Source of the DNA: Azolla caroliniana
Taxonomy: Eukaryota; Plantae; Polypodiophyta
DNA length: 64,000 nucleotides
Direction of reading: 5' to 3'
NCBI GenBank assembly: GCA_043228905.1
Contig: JBHGNT010000011.1
Span: 16,120,001-16,184,000, forward strand
Numbering within the stretch: position 1 is the stretch's first letter; the number at the start of each line of letters is the position of its first letter. Positions 25,408 to 37,240 of the stretch are shown here, one piece after another. Under the pieces are notes generated by a model that was given only the letters and a program-made list of their open reading frames with translations, ran no database searches and was not told the origin of the DNA. Made by a program: the position numbers and the translations under genes.

Positions 25408-28400
25408 TTAAAATGATGAGAATACATTGCTGGAAGACAATGCATGGCTTGGGGTTGTATTCCTCCATGCCATTCGAGAGGATGCCATCATAGGCATGGC
25501 AAAAACCGAAGAAACATTTGCTTGATTGTCCACCAACCCAAATGATAGATTGCAAGTAGTCTGCAACATCATTGAAGAATAAAAAAATTGAAATTGAAAT
25601 ATAACTCATCAATATGTTCATTCATTTTTTAATTGTTATATTAAAAAGTTTTAATCAAGAAACCTTTGCTTTTATTGCAATCCTTGCAGCCATCTGAGTT
25701 ATTTGTTGCATCAGAGAGCTTCTCTGTAAACCAACTAGCTCCGGCAAAGCTGCTTGTGACCTGTGGAACCTCCACTCTAAATGCTTGAGAAACTCTCATA
25801 ACTGGATGTAACTGAAGCAGATTCTTCAATAGAGAGTTTCATAATACCGTTCTAGAAGTGCTGAAGACTCCTCCATATCTACCCATGGGCTTGCCTTTGC
25901 ACCTACACATCTCCACAAAAATATTATGTTAGAACTAGTCAATGGAAAGGGAAACCACCAAAATACCCATAATGTTCTGGATATTTGAAGAATTTCCTCA
26001 GTTTTTTAAAGATTTAAAGGCAGATGTTCTCTTTGTAGTAGTAAAGATTTAAAAAAGAAGGTATTCTGTTTTACTTTTAAGAGCAGGGGCATTCTGGTAC
26101 ATATGGAGGTTTGGGAGTTTTTTCTATATACAAAAAAAAAGATACAGCATTGTCTGAAGGCGTAAAAGAAGGAATACCTTCTGTGTCATCAGGACCAAGC
26201 ATGAGGATTCCCAGAAAGAGAGTCAATATCCCAAGTGCAAATATTGACGTCCTGAAGCTATCAAAAACCTAAAGAAATTCCTCAATGGTTTAGAATCCCT
26301 TTTATAACATTTATCGACATAGAAAGCTAGAAAGAACTTATTCGTGCTAAAGTGGAGGCCTTCTCAAGGTTTATATGTGATCTTATAGCTCGACGTAGCA
26401 ATGGAATTTTCTCAAGGTTTATATGTGCTCTGCTAGCAAAGGTGTTATTGGCAACAATGTAGTTTTTTGATAGTATGTATTTGTGCAGATGAAACAGTAT
26501 TATGTACTATTTGTATATTGCCTTTGGCTTTTTATTAATACCAATGGAGTATATTTTTATGGAAAAAAAGAAGAAGCTAGAAAGAACTTGATGTTATAGA
26601 AGAAAATACCTGATATTCTGCAAAATACACAAAACCAGTGAATATGGAGAAGAAAGTCCAAACTATTTGGAACATAGGAACAATGATAATAGCATCAAAT
26701 AAAGCCAGCCCATCATTCAATCTCGTCATCTATATTAGACAAGATTACAGTTTTAGAATCAACAAGTGTGGATATCTTGGTCATAATGTTTAGGTGATAA
26801 TACTTGCCCAGAAAGATGCAGTGCAGATAAACATGATAAGAATGGCATATGTGAACCCTCCATCTAGCTCATTGTCACCATTCATTGTCTTCCTTAGCAA
26901 TACTGACCTGATGATACTAATGTGTAAGTTCACCATACACAAAAGTCATATTGCTATAACTACTACTACTACTAAAAGTAATAATAATATTATTATGAAT
27001 ATGAATATTTGGATCTATATTACTACCTTACTAGGAGACAAAATGGTTGGCTTAAAAGTTGGTTGTGTCACAATATACTTACAGGGATTTTGCAAAAAGC
27101 ACAGAATGTGAACCAATTATTCCCGACACCATAGCATAGGAGAAAGGTAGTAAAGTGTGCCAATGCTTACTTGAGATGCCATCCGTACATTTTGACATTA
27201 TAATGCGGCCCTTTCTTTAGAAAAAGATGAATCAAAACAGTTACAATATTAAATATTTAAACAACAATAAACATACTTGAATATGAATATAAAGGTTTAA
27301 TTATGTCAACTAACTTGTATGTCATCTGGTTAACTGTAACAAGAATCAGCAAACAAGCACAATAAATCAGATAAACATGATTTCCATAGTTTGATAACAG
27401 CTCCTCCTGCGTATAAACTAATCAATAAGAGAAAATCAGAACTTTTGCTTGCTAGTGTCTAGTAAATTGTTTTTTAAATTGATGAAGATACATGTTATGT
27501 ATACCCTTTGACTGATGATTTCCAAATGCAACGAGAAAAACATTCCCCATAACTATGAAGAGAGTTGCGACTATATTACTATAAATTACCAAACACATAT
27601 CTGTCAGTTATATAAAAATTGCTAATTTTGAGCATCAAAACATCAAATGAAAGCCATCATACTCCTTACCGACCAGTCACTTTCTCATTCAGCACAAAAT
27701 AGGCAAATCCAACATTTGAAACAAACTGCACTGAACCAAGTGCTGCAAGAAGAGACTGCAGAATGCAGAGAGATGTATTAACATCTCTAAAAGATCAATG
27801 AGACTCAAACACGAAATTAAAACTGAAAATACTGCTTTTCCTGAGTGCAATGAAAGAAATTATATGAATATGCCTAAGTATGCTCTTTAAAGTATGTACG
27901 AGTAAGCTGCAGAGAAAGTGCTGCTCAACAAAGCTAAAATTGGTATCTTCTAATTAAAGGAACCTGAGCTGCATATCCAAAAGATACAAAATTGAGGATG
28001 TTTCCAAGGGCAAAGATAATAATTCCTGAATCAACAATATCAGTATACAAAGATGTGTGAGTGAAACCTTTGAGAAAGTAATATGTAAGTGTTTCATCAT
28101 AGGAGAGCTATATTTTCAACCTATCCACCACGCTTGGAAATAAATGATTGATTTCTGAGAAACTCCTTTGACCCCAGAGGCTGCCTCTGAAAATGTCATT
28201 CGCTCTCTCTGCATGAAAACAGTTTCCATATTAGGTTTAGTTAGCCCTAAACAATGTGACAGCACTTTGGGATAACTTTCTTGGTACCATAATTAAGTAT
28301 GAGGGCATGCCAGAAGCCAACCTAATACCTCCACTAAAGATAGAATAGGCATGTCCCGAAACAATGAACCTTTTCTTTATAGTTAGACATAATGACTTCC

Positions 28401-29282
28401 AAAGCATAATGTTTCTTCGTGTAAAAACCACAAAGTTTCCAATATGATATTCATCTGTTCATATACATCATAAGACGCATATAAATTCATGTGGTAAATG
28501 AAATCGAAACCGCATGAAGTGACATTTGACATAAAAATATAAACTAAAATGAATTCATAGACACGAGAGGCCAGATCTAGTTCCTACAAAAGAACCCTCT
28601 TGGATTCTTCACTAAACTTCCACAACATTCATAATATCTTCCTAATCTGTTCATAGATTTCAAATTAAACCTCTTGGATCTCAAGCTGTCATTCAGGAAC
28701 CCTCTGACATCATCATGTAAGATGGATGTAGAAAGCAGGTAGAACTACCCTTTTTCACTTAACAAACATGAATTCAAGAAGGGCCAGCAAAATGTGGATA
28801 AAAAAAGTTGTTATATGATTGTTGTTGCCACAAGATCCACGTTCACATCCGAGAATTTTAGGAGTCAAAGCAGATCCTTGATGCTTTGTTTCTTTCCTGC
28901 GTCTTATTCTTCATGTGATCGTGATTGCCCTCTTTATTCCATGGATTGAGATTGTACTTTGGCATCAAAGCACTCCATTGCCATCTAATTGAGAGCTAGA
29001 GAGGAACAATGGAACCATTCCCTTGCTTATATACAAGATCTGATCGCTGAAAATACGAACGTATATATATATATATATGGCATGGATTTCTGCGGCACAT
29101 TGAATGGATTCGAAATACGAATGCAGCGAATGGAAGAAAGAGAACAGAGAGCGAGAGAGAGGGAGGGAGGGAACCTGGTTGTGAGCGAGCTTGAGCAGAT
29201 TCGTGCCAAGGTTAATGCCGATACTTCCAATCAAGTTGATGCCCGCTCCCTTCACCCATTCGTCCTCCATATCCACGGTCAT
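25408..29282 (-). CDS. NIPA8: NIPA-family magnesium transporter (NIPA8-like, DUF803), about 13 exons
   Basis: Spliced peptides: DEWVKGAGINLIGSIGINLGTNLLKLAHNQ; FALGNILNFVSFGYAAQ; SLLAALGSVQFVSNVGFAYFVLNEK; FIVMGNVFLVAFGNHQS; LLPFSYAMVSGIIGSHSVLFAKSL; MTRLNDGLALFDAIIIVPMFQIVWTFFSIFTGFVYFAEYQ; last exon TTCNLSFGL...SSVFAMPMM...*. Start at 29282 or 29270, stop at 25408-25410. Confidence 0.9.
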
Positions 29283-29399
29283 TTCAAGGCTTAACGTTCG
29301 CTCGCAATGCAAGCAGGAAAAACGATAGTATGCATATATGTATACATATAAGTGTTTACAAACACACGCACACACACACACCCACCTGTCTTCTTGAAT

Positions 29400-29721
29400 G
29401 ACTCCTCTTTAACTAACAATGAAAATGATATATGACTTCCATTTGATCCCACAAGTAGAGATAGTAAATACATAACATACATGCTTGATACTTAATACTT
29501 GAAACATGATAGGTGTGCGTTCCACCACACAATCCATGATTTCTTCGACACTCGGATTTTACACTCCTCTAGTGACTCTTCCTTATCTAACAATGATATA
29601 TATATATATATATATATGACTTCACTTGATCCCACAACAATAAATACACACTCAATACATGACTCTTCTTAACTAACAATGATATAAATGGCTTCCTTTG
29701 ATCCCACAACAATAAATACAC
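29400..29721. repeat. Three diverged copies of a ~55-75-bp unit upstream of the NIPA8-like gene
   Basis: GACTC(C/T)T...TAACAATGA...GACTTC...TTGATCCCACAA at about 29400, 29573 and 29661. Confidence 0.7.
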
Positions 29722-32374
29722 AAGTCGCTACATGAAGGAGACAAGGGCGACCCTCCCCCTCACGTTTCAACTAGTTGTGACAAAAGTGTTTACCTGTGGT
29801 TGCCAATCACACCTACTCCATACATACATAAGGCATTTCCGGCTTACATGGCACTCCATATATATGCCGTGTGCCTGCAATTTTCGATGAATGGCATCGA
29901 TCAATCAATCAATCAATCAACTCGTTTGATCATTATCGCTTTCGTATTGCTCTCTTCACACTTGACGAAAAAATATCATTGCCACATTCCGAAAGTTGAG
30001 ATTGTGGATAAGTGTGCTCATGCTTCCTAAACTTGAGATCGCAAAGTTAGTCTTTTGAATTAAGACCGACCAATTAGAAAAAAATTAAGGCAACTGGTTT
30101 TTAAAGGAAGAAAAGAAAAAATACTGATAAGTTTACCTCTACCCCAAAGAACATTGCTTAAATGACCCTTTTGTCGCGTCAATAACGCAAATTCTCGTGA
30201 TATACTCTTTTCTAAAGTTAATGGCATAACTCTTTCCTTCAAGGGTATATACTATACATGGGTATTCATGTTAGGAGTATTATCTAGAGATTCTCTATCA
30301 ATAAAAAAGTCAATTGTTTTGAGCTCCCCATTGGCTTCTTGTATGCCTTTATATTAATCACAACATTTTTCTTTCCATTTCGTTAAGTTGACTTCATAAT
30401 ACGCATATTTAACATTTAATTGAGAGTTATTTACAAAGGTCATTGAAATTAGAGAGGAGAATCAAATTCACTAGCCTTGAAAAAAGAAGAAAAGAAACCT
30501 TTCCAATGCCTTCTCCATGTATGGGAAGGCATATATTTTTTCATGTGTGGGTATACCCCTTGATATCTCTAATATTTTACTTCTGGGATTGTAATGTCAT
30601 ATGGCTATAAATGTTCAATATGTACAATCTTTGACCGAGTACTATACAATTAGGTTTTGGATGGGTACAATATTTGACTGACCTATGTCATCACTCTTAG
30701 GATTAGGTTTGGGCAATTTTCACTTCAAATGGATTTGCACATGTTTGGGAAGCCAACATTGCACATTGCCTTTATACCAACCTTCGCCAAATGTCAGAAT
30801 TTTAAGCACCCATCTTGTTCAATTGTGTGCGTCTTCAACAAGAAGCCCTTTGAGGATTGCACTTGGAAAAGCCCATGTGACGAGTTTCGAGTTATTAGAA
30901 TAGTACAGACAAGGGTAAGTGGAGGAACCCTCACGTCATGGGTTGTGATTTCTTTCAAAGTAGCAAGTGTAGGTACATCAAAATTGAGAGTTCCAAGGCC
31001 AGAGTTGAATGATCACCAAAGGTGATGATAAGATTGAGGCCACACCCCAAACTAGGAGTTTTGCGTGGAGGCCTTCAAATGATGGGATTTACACCAATTG
31101 TGCGCTTAGACGGGATATAAGCTTGATTAGCTCAGTTCATTTGCTACTATAATTTATATTACTATAAAAGGGTGTGGCCCCCTTTCTTATTTCACTAAGG
31201 TCAATAGCACATGTATGCATTTACCAATGAATTAGGAATGCTAGTCTTTTGGGCCATTGTCACTGTGGTTTGGGTGTTCTATGCTTGGGTTATTGATGGA
31301 GTCCTCATGGGGTGGGTCCTATTGGTGGTTCATCGTGGCTAGTAGATTTGTTAGGTATGGTCATGGCATTCCTAAAGGTGGTCGTGTGTCTTTAGTGTCC
31401 ATGAACATTGGCTATTTCCACAATCAACATTTCTAAGCATTCTAACAAGCTATTATGAGACCTTCTGCATTCCATTAGGAAGAATTCAATCTCAACTAGA
31501 ATTTCCTCAAGATGTTTCCCTCTGATTGTTGGTCTAACTGGAGATCAATATCTTTAGTCGATGCCTTGAGTTCAAGTATTGTATTGTCCTCACTACGTAT
31601 GACGAAGGTGGACATATTAGTTTATCCCTGCAATTCTCATTTGAATATATATTTTTAAACCAAACCCCAAGCATGTCATTAGTATTTTTATGGTTGGGTG
31701 GTAGAGAAGGTGCATTGAGTGTACTTTCTTAATGTTTTTGGGAACCTCAAAAATCAAATTGCTCCATAAATCTATAAGCAAACATGTCTATCTTAATGTA
31801 GGTATAGATTGTATTTAGCATGACAACTCACTACAATGGGATATCATGATAGGAGGCTTCTCAGCACAAAAGGGAGCAATCCACATCATGGTTCATCACA
31901 ATAGGAGGTGTCTCACCATGATGGTTCACCACAACAACTCACCAAGATGGGACTCACATATAATGTTTTGAATCAAGTTTCCTGAAAGGGACCAACACAA
32001 TTCATACCTTGGAGTGTTGCACTTCCAAGGGTTAGGACCATGTCCCAAGGGGTCTCCTTCCCCAAAATGGGCTAACTGAGGGAATGGGGGACATCACTCC
32101 TCAATGATAGAGACCACACCATATTTCAACATATAAAAACACTTATTGGAATGAGTCACACATTCTATCATTGTGATCATTACAAATATTATTTGTTTTA
32201 TGGAATAAATGTGAAATTTAAGAATTACTATAAAATTTAAGATTGATTGAGTGCTCTTATATAAAGTTCATTGTAAAAGAGTGGTTACATGCGAATATTG
32301 CATGTAGAAGTGACACAAGTAACCTCCAATAATAGTAAAGGGGATTTACATGAGTGGGACATGTAATCCTAAGA

Positions 32375-32377
<3 letters not shown>

Positions 32378-32421
<44 letters not shown>
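32378..32421. repeat. (TA)n microsatellite at the Gypsy insertion site
   Basis: Pure TA run abutting the element. ATATATAT continues at 37241. Confidence 0.95.
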
Positions 32422-32424
<3 letters not shown>

Positions 32425-32437
32425 GAAATGCTCAAGA

Positions 32438-32680
32438 TGTGAAATGCTCTCAAGAATAGCCCCCTTTTCATTATGTCTCAAGTTACATTTTATAGACTCT
32501 CTCTTAGCGTGGAGGGTGTTCTCCTGCTCCAATTAGCTCTACTAATTATGGGGCTTGGTGGGGGCCTAGTTTGGGTGTGGTGCATGAGGCTTGGTAGGGG
32601 CCTAATTTGGGTGTGGTCTATGTGTGGTGCATGGGGCTTGGTAGGGGCCTAATCTAGGTGTGGTCCATGTGACCACCACA
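32438..32680 (-). repeat. Gypsy 3' LTR
   Basis: Matches 36998-37240. Contains three ~36-47-bp internal repeats (GGCTTGGT(A/G)GGGGCCTA). Confidence 0.95.
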
Positions 32681-32702
32681 ATTCCCCCTTGTAAAAAAAA
32701 AG

Positions 32703-35700
32703 TTACTGTGCAGTCGAAGCGCGACGAGGCGTGGACGACGGTTCCAGACGGGGGGATGACACGGGCGTGGGCGTAGGCATGAGTGTGGGCGGGGGCGGTG
32801 GTAGTTGATGGAAGGGCTTCATGCGAGACTGGTGAGCAAAGGTAGAGCGGTTGTTGGAGGCGCGGCGGAGCAGGTATGTAGTGTCGCGTATCTGCTTTTG
32901 AACTTCGAAGGGACCGATCCATCGGTGCATGAGCGATTCGCTGAGACCGCGGCGACGGATGGGGAAGTAGACGAGGACTTTGTCACCGACATGGTATTGA
33001 TGGTCGACACGGCCTATATCGTGTTGTCGTTTTTGGCGTAGTTGTGCCTGGTGCAGGTTGCTCGTGATGACTTTGCGGAGGAGGGGCTGGAGTTGTTGTA
33101 GGTGGGACCACCAAGACACTGCGTCAGCGTGGAGTCGTGTGGTTGGTTGCGGGACTGCCACTTCTGGGGGTAAGCGCGGGTCCCTTCCGTAAAGGGCCCG
33201 AAATGGGCTAATGCGGGTAGAGGCTTGCACAGTTGTGTTGTAGGCATGCGTAACGAAGGGCAAGATTCGGTCCCAGGTTGAGTGCAGCGGATCGATGTAG
33301 GCTGAGATTTGTTGTTTTAAGGTTCGATTGAGGCGCTCCGTCAACCCATTCGTTTGCGGATGGTAGGGTGACGTGAATAACTGTTGGATTCCTAGTTGTG
33401 TTGAAACGAGGCGTAGGAGCTCACCGTTGAACTGGGGTCCTCGATCGGACAAGATTTGGAGTGGGCAACCGTGGGGGAAGATGATTTTCTCCAATAGTTT
33501 GGAGGCGATGGTCATAGCCTTTGCATCTGGGATAGCGGCCGTCTCAGCCCAACGCGTCAAGTACTCGGTGATGACGAGGATGAATTTGTTCCCTCCTTGT
33601 GACTCGGGAAAGGGGCCCATAATGTCCCATCCGACGATTTCAAATGGAGCTTGAACTTGTATCGGATGTAAGAGGCCTTGAGCCACTTGAGGTGATTTGA
33701 TGGCCTGACATAAGTTGCATGCTTTGATGTAGGAGGCGACCTCGTGGCGTAGCCCAGGCCAATAGAATTTGCGACGAATTTTGTCGAGCACCTTATGAAA
33801 ACCCAAGTGGCCGGACAACGGGTGATCGTGGAAGAAACGAAGGTAAGACTGGCGTAGTTGCTCAGGCACGTAGACTCGGGGTTCTTTGCCTACTTGACAA
33901 AAAAGTAGGACATTATCCTGGATCATGAATTGCTTGGTGAGGGATGATGTCGGTTCAGCTCGTAGGCGGTGGCAGATATCTTGGATTTGTTTGTCATGTT
34001 GTTGCATGTTGGCCATTTGGGACGAGGATATGGGGAAATCGATTGTGTTGGAGGTGATCTGGTTCGCCTGAAAGGATATGCGGGATAATCCATCGGCGAC
34101 GATGTTTTGTGGACCATGGCGATAGCGCAGAGTGAATGTGTAATCCTGTAGCGCCAAAACCCAACGAAGTAAGCGGTCGGGTGGATGAGCCTTCTTTATG
34201 AGGGAGAGCAATGGCTGATGGTCGGTTTCGACTGATGTATTTGATCCGTGAAGGTATGGGTGGAAACGATGGAATGCCCAGACGATGGCGAGGAACTCTT
34301 TTTCAGTTGTCGAGTAATTTTGTTCGGCTTTGGTAAGTGACCGACTGATGTAGGCAATCGGGCGGAGTTGGTCGTTGTCGTCGGATTGGAGCAGGACCGC
34401 ACCAAGGCCGACATTGGAGGCATCCATCTGCAGATGGAAAGGCTTCGTGAAATCAGGGTGGGCCAGGAGGTCAGAGGCTTGGAGTGTTCTCTTGAGCTGT
34501 AGGAAGCTGGATTCGCAGGCTTCGGTCCACAGGAAGGGTGCGTCTTTTTGTAGGAGCGCGCGTAGTGGGGCTGACAGGTCGGCTAGCCGTGGGATGAAAC
34601 GAAGAGAGAACGTGAGGAGGCCGAGGAAGCGTTGAAGCTGCTTGACTGTGGTGGGGCATGGGAATTTTTGGACTGCTTCTGTCTTCTCCGGGTCCATTTG
34701 TATTCCGTCGGAGGAGATGACGTACCCAAGGAAGCGGAGGCACGTACTACCTCATCGGCACTTCTTCCATTGCAGCTGCAATCGATAGCGTTGAACACAA
34801 GTTAGAACCTCCCGAAGGACTTGAAGGTGTTCTGCCCAAGTGCTTGTATGTACCAGAATATCGTCTAGATAGAAGATGACGACACGACGGGTGATGAGAT
34901 CATCGAAGATGGCATTAGCCATTCGCTGGAATGTGCTCCCCGCATCAGATAGGCCAAAGGGCATCCGTGTGAACTGAAAAATGCCTTTCCTAGTGCGGAA
35001 TGCAGTTTTGTGGGCATCATGAGGATTCATCGGGATCTGCCAATATCCCGAGGCTAGATTGAGGGAGGTGAAGTACTTTGATTTGCCAAGCTAGTCGAGG
35101 AGGTCATCGATACGAGGGAGAGGGTATCGGTCATGGGTGGTGACATGGTTCAGTTGTCGGAAGTCGACACAAAAGCGGTAAGAACCATCCCCTTTCTTTA
35201 CCATGTGTGGCTCCGAGATCCACTCGCTCTTGGAAGGTGTGATAATCCCTTGTTGGAGCATAGTTTTGACGGCGTTGTCGATGCGCTCGTGGTCGAGAGG
35301 CGAGCGACGTCGGGGAGCTGCGTTGATGGGGCGGGCGTTGCCTGTAGGAATCGTGTGGTGAATCGGAAAACGGACCGAGGGAGGTTTTACAGGTGGTGTA
35401 GACAACGAGGGAAAGGTGGCGAGGAGCCGTCTGATGTCGTTGATGCGCTCCGCCGGTGATATCAGGTACTGTGTGTTGCTGATGTGGGTGGTATCCCGCG
35501 GAGTAGTGAAGAGCGCGATCGGAATGTGATTTGGGAGGATGAGCTGTTGTGCGGAGAAATCGAGACAGGCTCGACTATGGAGGAACCAATCACATCCCAA
35601 GGTGATTGGGAACAACTGGCACGGGAGGACGTAGAAACTATGGTGGATCTGGGCGGAACTAATGGTGAGCATGCACCTGACTTGCGTATGTGAGTGGTAC

Positions 35701-35990
35701 ACCCGTTGTTGGTCGCCGAAGAGGATTTTAATGGGCGGTGTGTGGCTCGTGGGAAGTTGTAATTGGGTGACTAAATCTGCGCTGATGGAAGAGATGCTGC
35801 TGCCGGAGTCGAGGAGAACTTCTTGGGTCGTGTGCTGGAGGCGGGCGATTGTGGTACAAACGGGCGAAGTTGATGAAGTGGAGGCGTGGACGTGCGGGGG
35901 CGGCTCGATCGTGGGAGAAACGGGAGAAGTTGAGGACGTGGAGACGTGGACGTGCGGGGGCGGCTCTCCCTGCGGCACCCCGCGCAATAG
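32703..35990 (-). pseudogene. pol: Gypsy pol (protease LLDSGS, RT FYLDD, RNase H DAS/TDH, integrase HHCC + DDE + GPF) with two in-frame stops
   Basis: ORFs 35091-35987, 34752-35030 and 32703-34697 are in the same frame, separated by stops at 35091-35093 and 34752-34754. No chromodomain. Confidence 0.92.
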
Positions 35991-36937
35991 TTTTCCGGGA
36001 GCTCAGAGAGGGAGACAGCGTCAGCTAATTGGACGTTCTGCTTCTGTTGGTGATTCTGCCACTTTCGGCAGTGACGCCGAATGTGGCCATAGTTGTTGCA
36101 GTAGAAACATTTGGGGTGTCCCTGGCTGTCTCGTTCGGGCAATGCACGCTTGGCACGTAATTGCGCGTTCTGGATGTCGATGTCCATGGGAGTGACGGCT
36201 GGTATAGTGTTTGTATGATCATGACTGAGATTACCTGGTGTGTGCATGTCGTGCGCGTCTGCAGCTTCGATGCGTTGGGCAGTGAGGATGGCTTCGTGTA
36301 GTGTCGTCGGCCCTTGATCGCGTACACGGCGGCGGAGGTCATGTCGTATACGCGGCCAGAAAAAAAACAACTTCATATCCTCCGACATGTTGGCGTCAGC
36401 CCGGCGTAGGATCTGCACAAAACGAACCGCGAACTGGGTGATGGGTTCGCGTGGTTGTTGGGTAATTGACTCAAGTTGTTGTAGGGCCGTCTGGCGGGAG
36501 TCTTGATGAGCAAAATTCCGAATCATGGCTGCCCATAACAGATCCCAGTCGTTGCGTGTCTCTTCGGGTTGTTGTACAAGCCATGTTGCCGCGATATTCT
36601 CGAGGAGTGTCTTCATCTCCATTGCCTTCCAAGGGTGTGGCCACTGGTGGTAACTGGCCACCATTTCGAAATGATCCAGCCAAGAGAGGACGTCTTCCGA
36701 TGGTAGGCCGGAGAACGGTTTTGGGCGAACTCGAGAGTCCGGGAGATTTTGTTGTGGCTCGGATCGTGCTGAAAGAAAGGACAACATGGCTTGGTTAGTA
36801 TGGTTAACTTGTAAAATGATGTTGGACAGAGCTTGAACCAGTTGGTCGATTGGCGATGTGGGCTGGTGTCCTTGATTGTGTTGTAGGAATTCCGGATTCA
36901 TCGAGTTTGCGTTGCCGTCGTTGTTGTCGTGTTGCAT
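35771..36937 (-). CDS. gag: Gypsy gag with CCHC zinc knuckle
   Basis: 388-aa ORF with PKPFSG..EDVLSWL, ITQQPREPITQF and CFYCNNYGHIRRHC. It overlaps pol in the -1 frame. Confidence 0.9.
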   Translation of the reverse strand: MQHDNNDGNANSMNPEFLQHNQGHQPTSPIDQLVQALSNIILQVNHTNQAMLSFLSARSEPQQNLPDSRVRPKPFSGLPSEDVLSWLDHFEMVASYHQWPHPWKAMEMKTLLENIAATWLVQQPEETRNDWDLLWAAMIRNFAHQDSRQTALQQLESITQQPREPITQFAVRFVQILRRADANMSEDMKLFFFWPRIRHDLRRRVRDQGPTTLHEAILTAQRIEAADAHDMHTPGNLSHDHTNTIPAVTPMDIDIQNAQLRAKRALPERDSQGHPKCFYCNNYGHIRRHCRKWQNHQQKQNVQLADAVSLSELPENYCAGCRRESRPRTSTSPRPQLLPFLPRSSRPRTSTPPLHQLRPFVPQSPASSTRPKKFSSTPAAASLPSAQI

Positions 36938-36997
36938 CGTGGCGGGCGTTGTTGGGGTCGTGAGTTGGGGTGGCTTGGCCCGTCTTCTCCACCAAGA

Positions 36998-37240
36998 TGT
37001 GAAATGCTCTCAAGAATAGCCCCCTTTTCATTATGTCTCAAGTTACATTTTATAGACTCTCTCTTAGCGTGGAGGGTGTTCTCCCGCTCCAATTAGCTCT
37101 ACTAATTATGGGGCTTGGTGGGGGCCTAGTTTGGGTGTGGTGCATGAGGCTTGGTAGGGGCCTAATTTGGGTGTGGTCTATGTGTGGTGCATGGGGCTTG
37201 GTAGGGGCCTAATCTAGGTGTGGTCCATGTGACCACCACA
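36998..37240 (-). repeat. Gypsy 5' LTR
   Basis: Matches 32438-32680 and is adjacent to the PBS. Confidence 0.95.

Larger units (their letters stand above)
32422..37240 (-). mobile_element. Ty3/Gypsy LTR retrotransposon, full length (4.8 kb)
   Basis: 243-bp LTRs (32438-32680 and 36998-37240) with TG..CA ends and one mismatch seen. PBS TGGTGGAGAAGACGGGC at 36994-36978, PPT AAGGGGGAAT. Domain order gag-PR-RT-RH-INT. ATAT on both flanks. Confidence 0.96.

Noticed and set aside
32540-32680. Short repeats with variable spacing resembling a CRISPR array
   Set aside because: These are internal LTR repeats duplicated in both LTRs. There are no unique spacers and no cas genes, and the context is eukaryotic.
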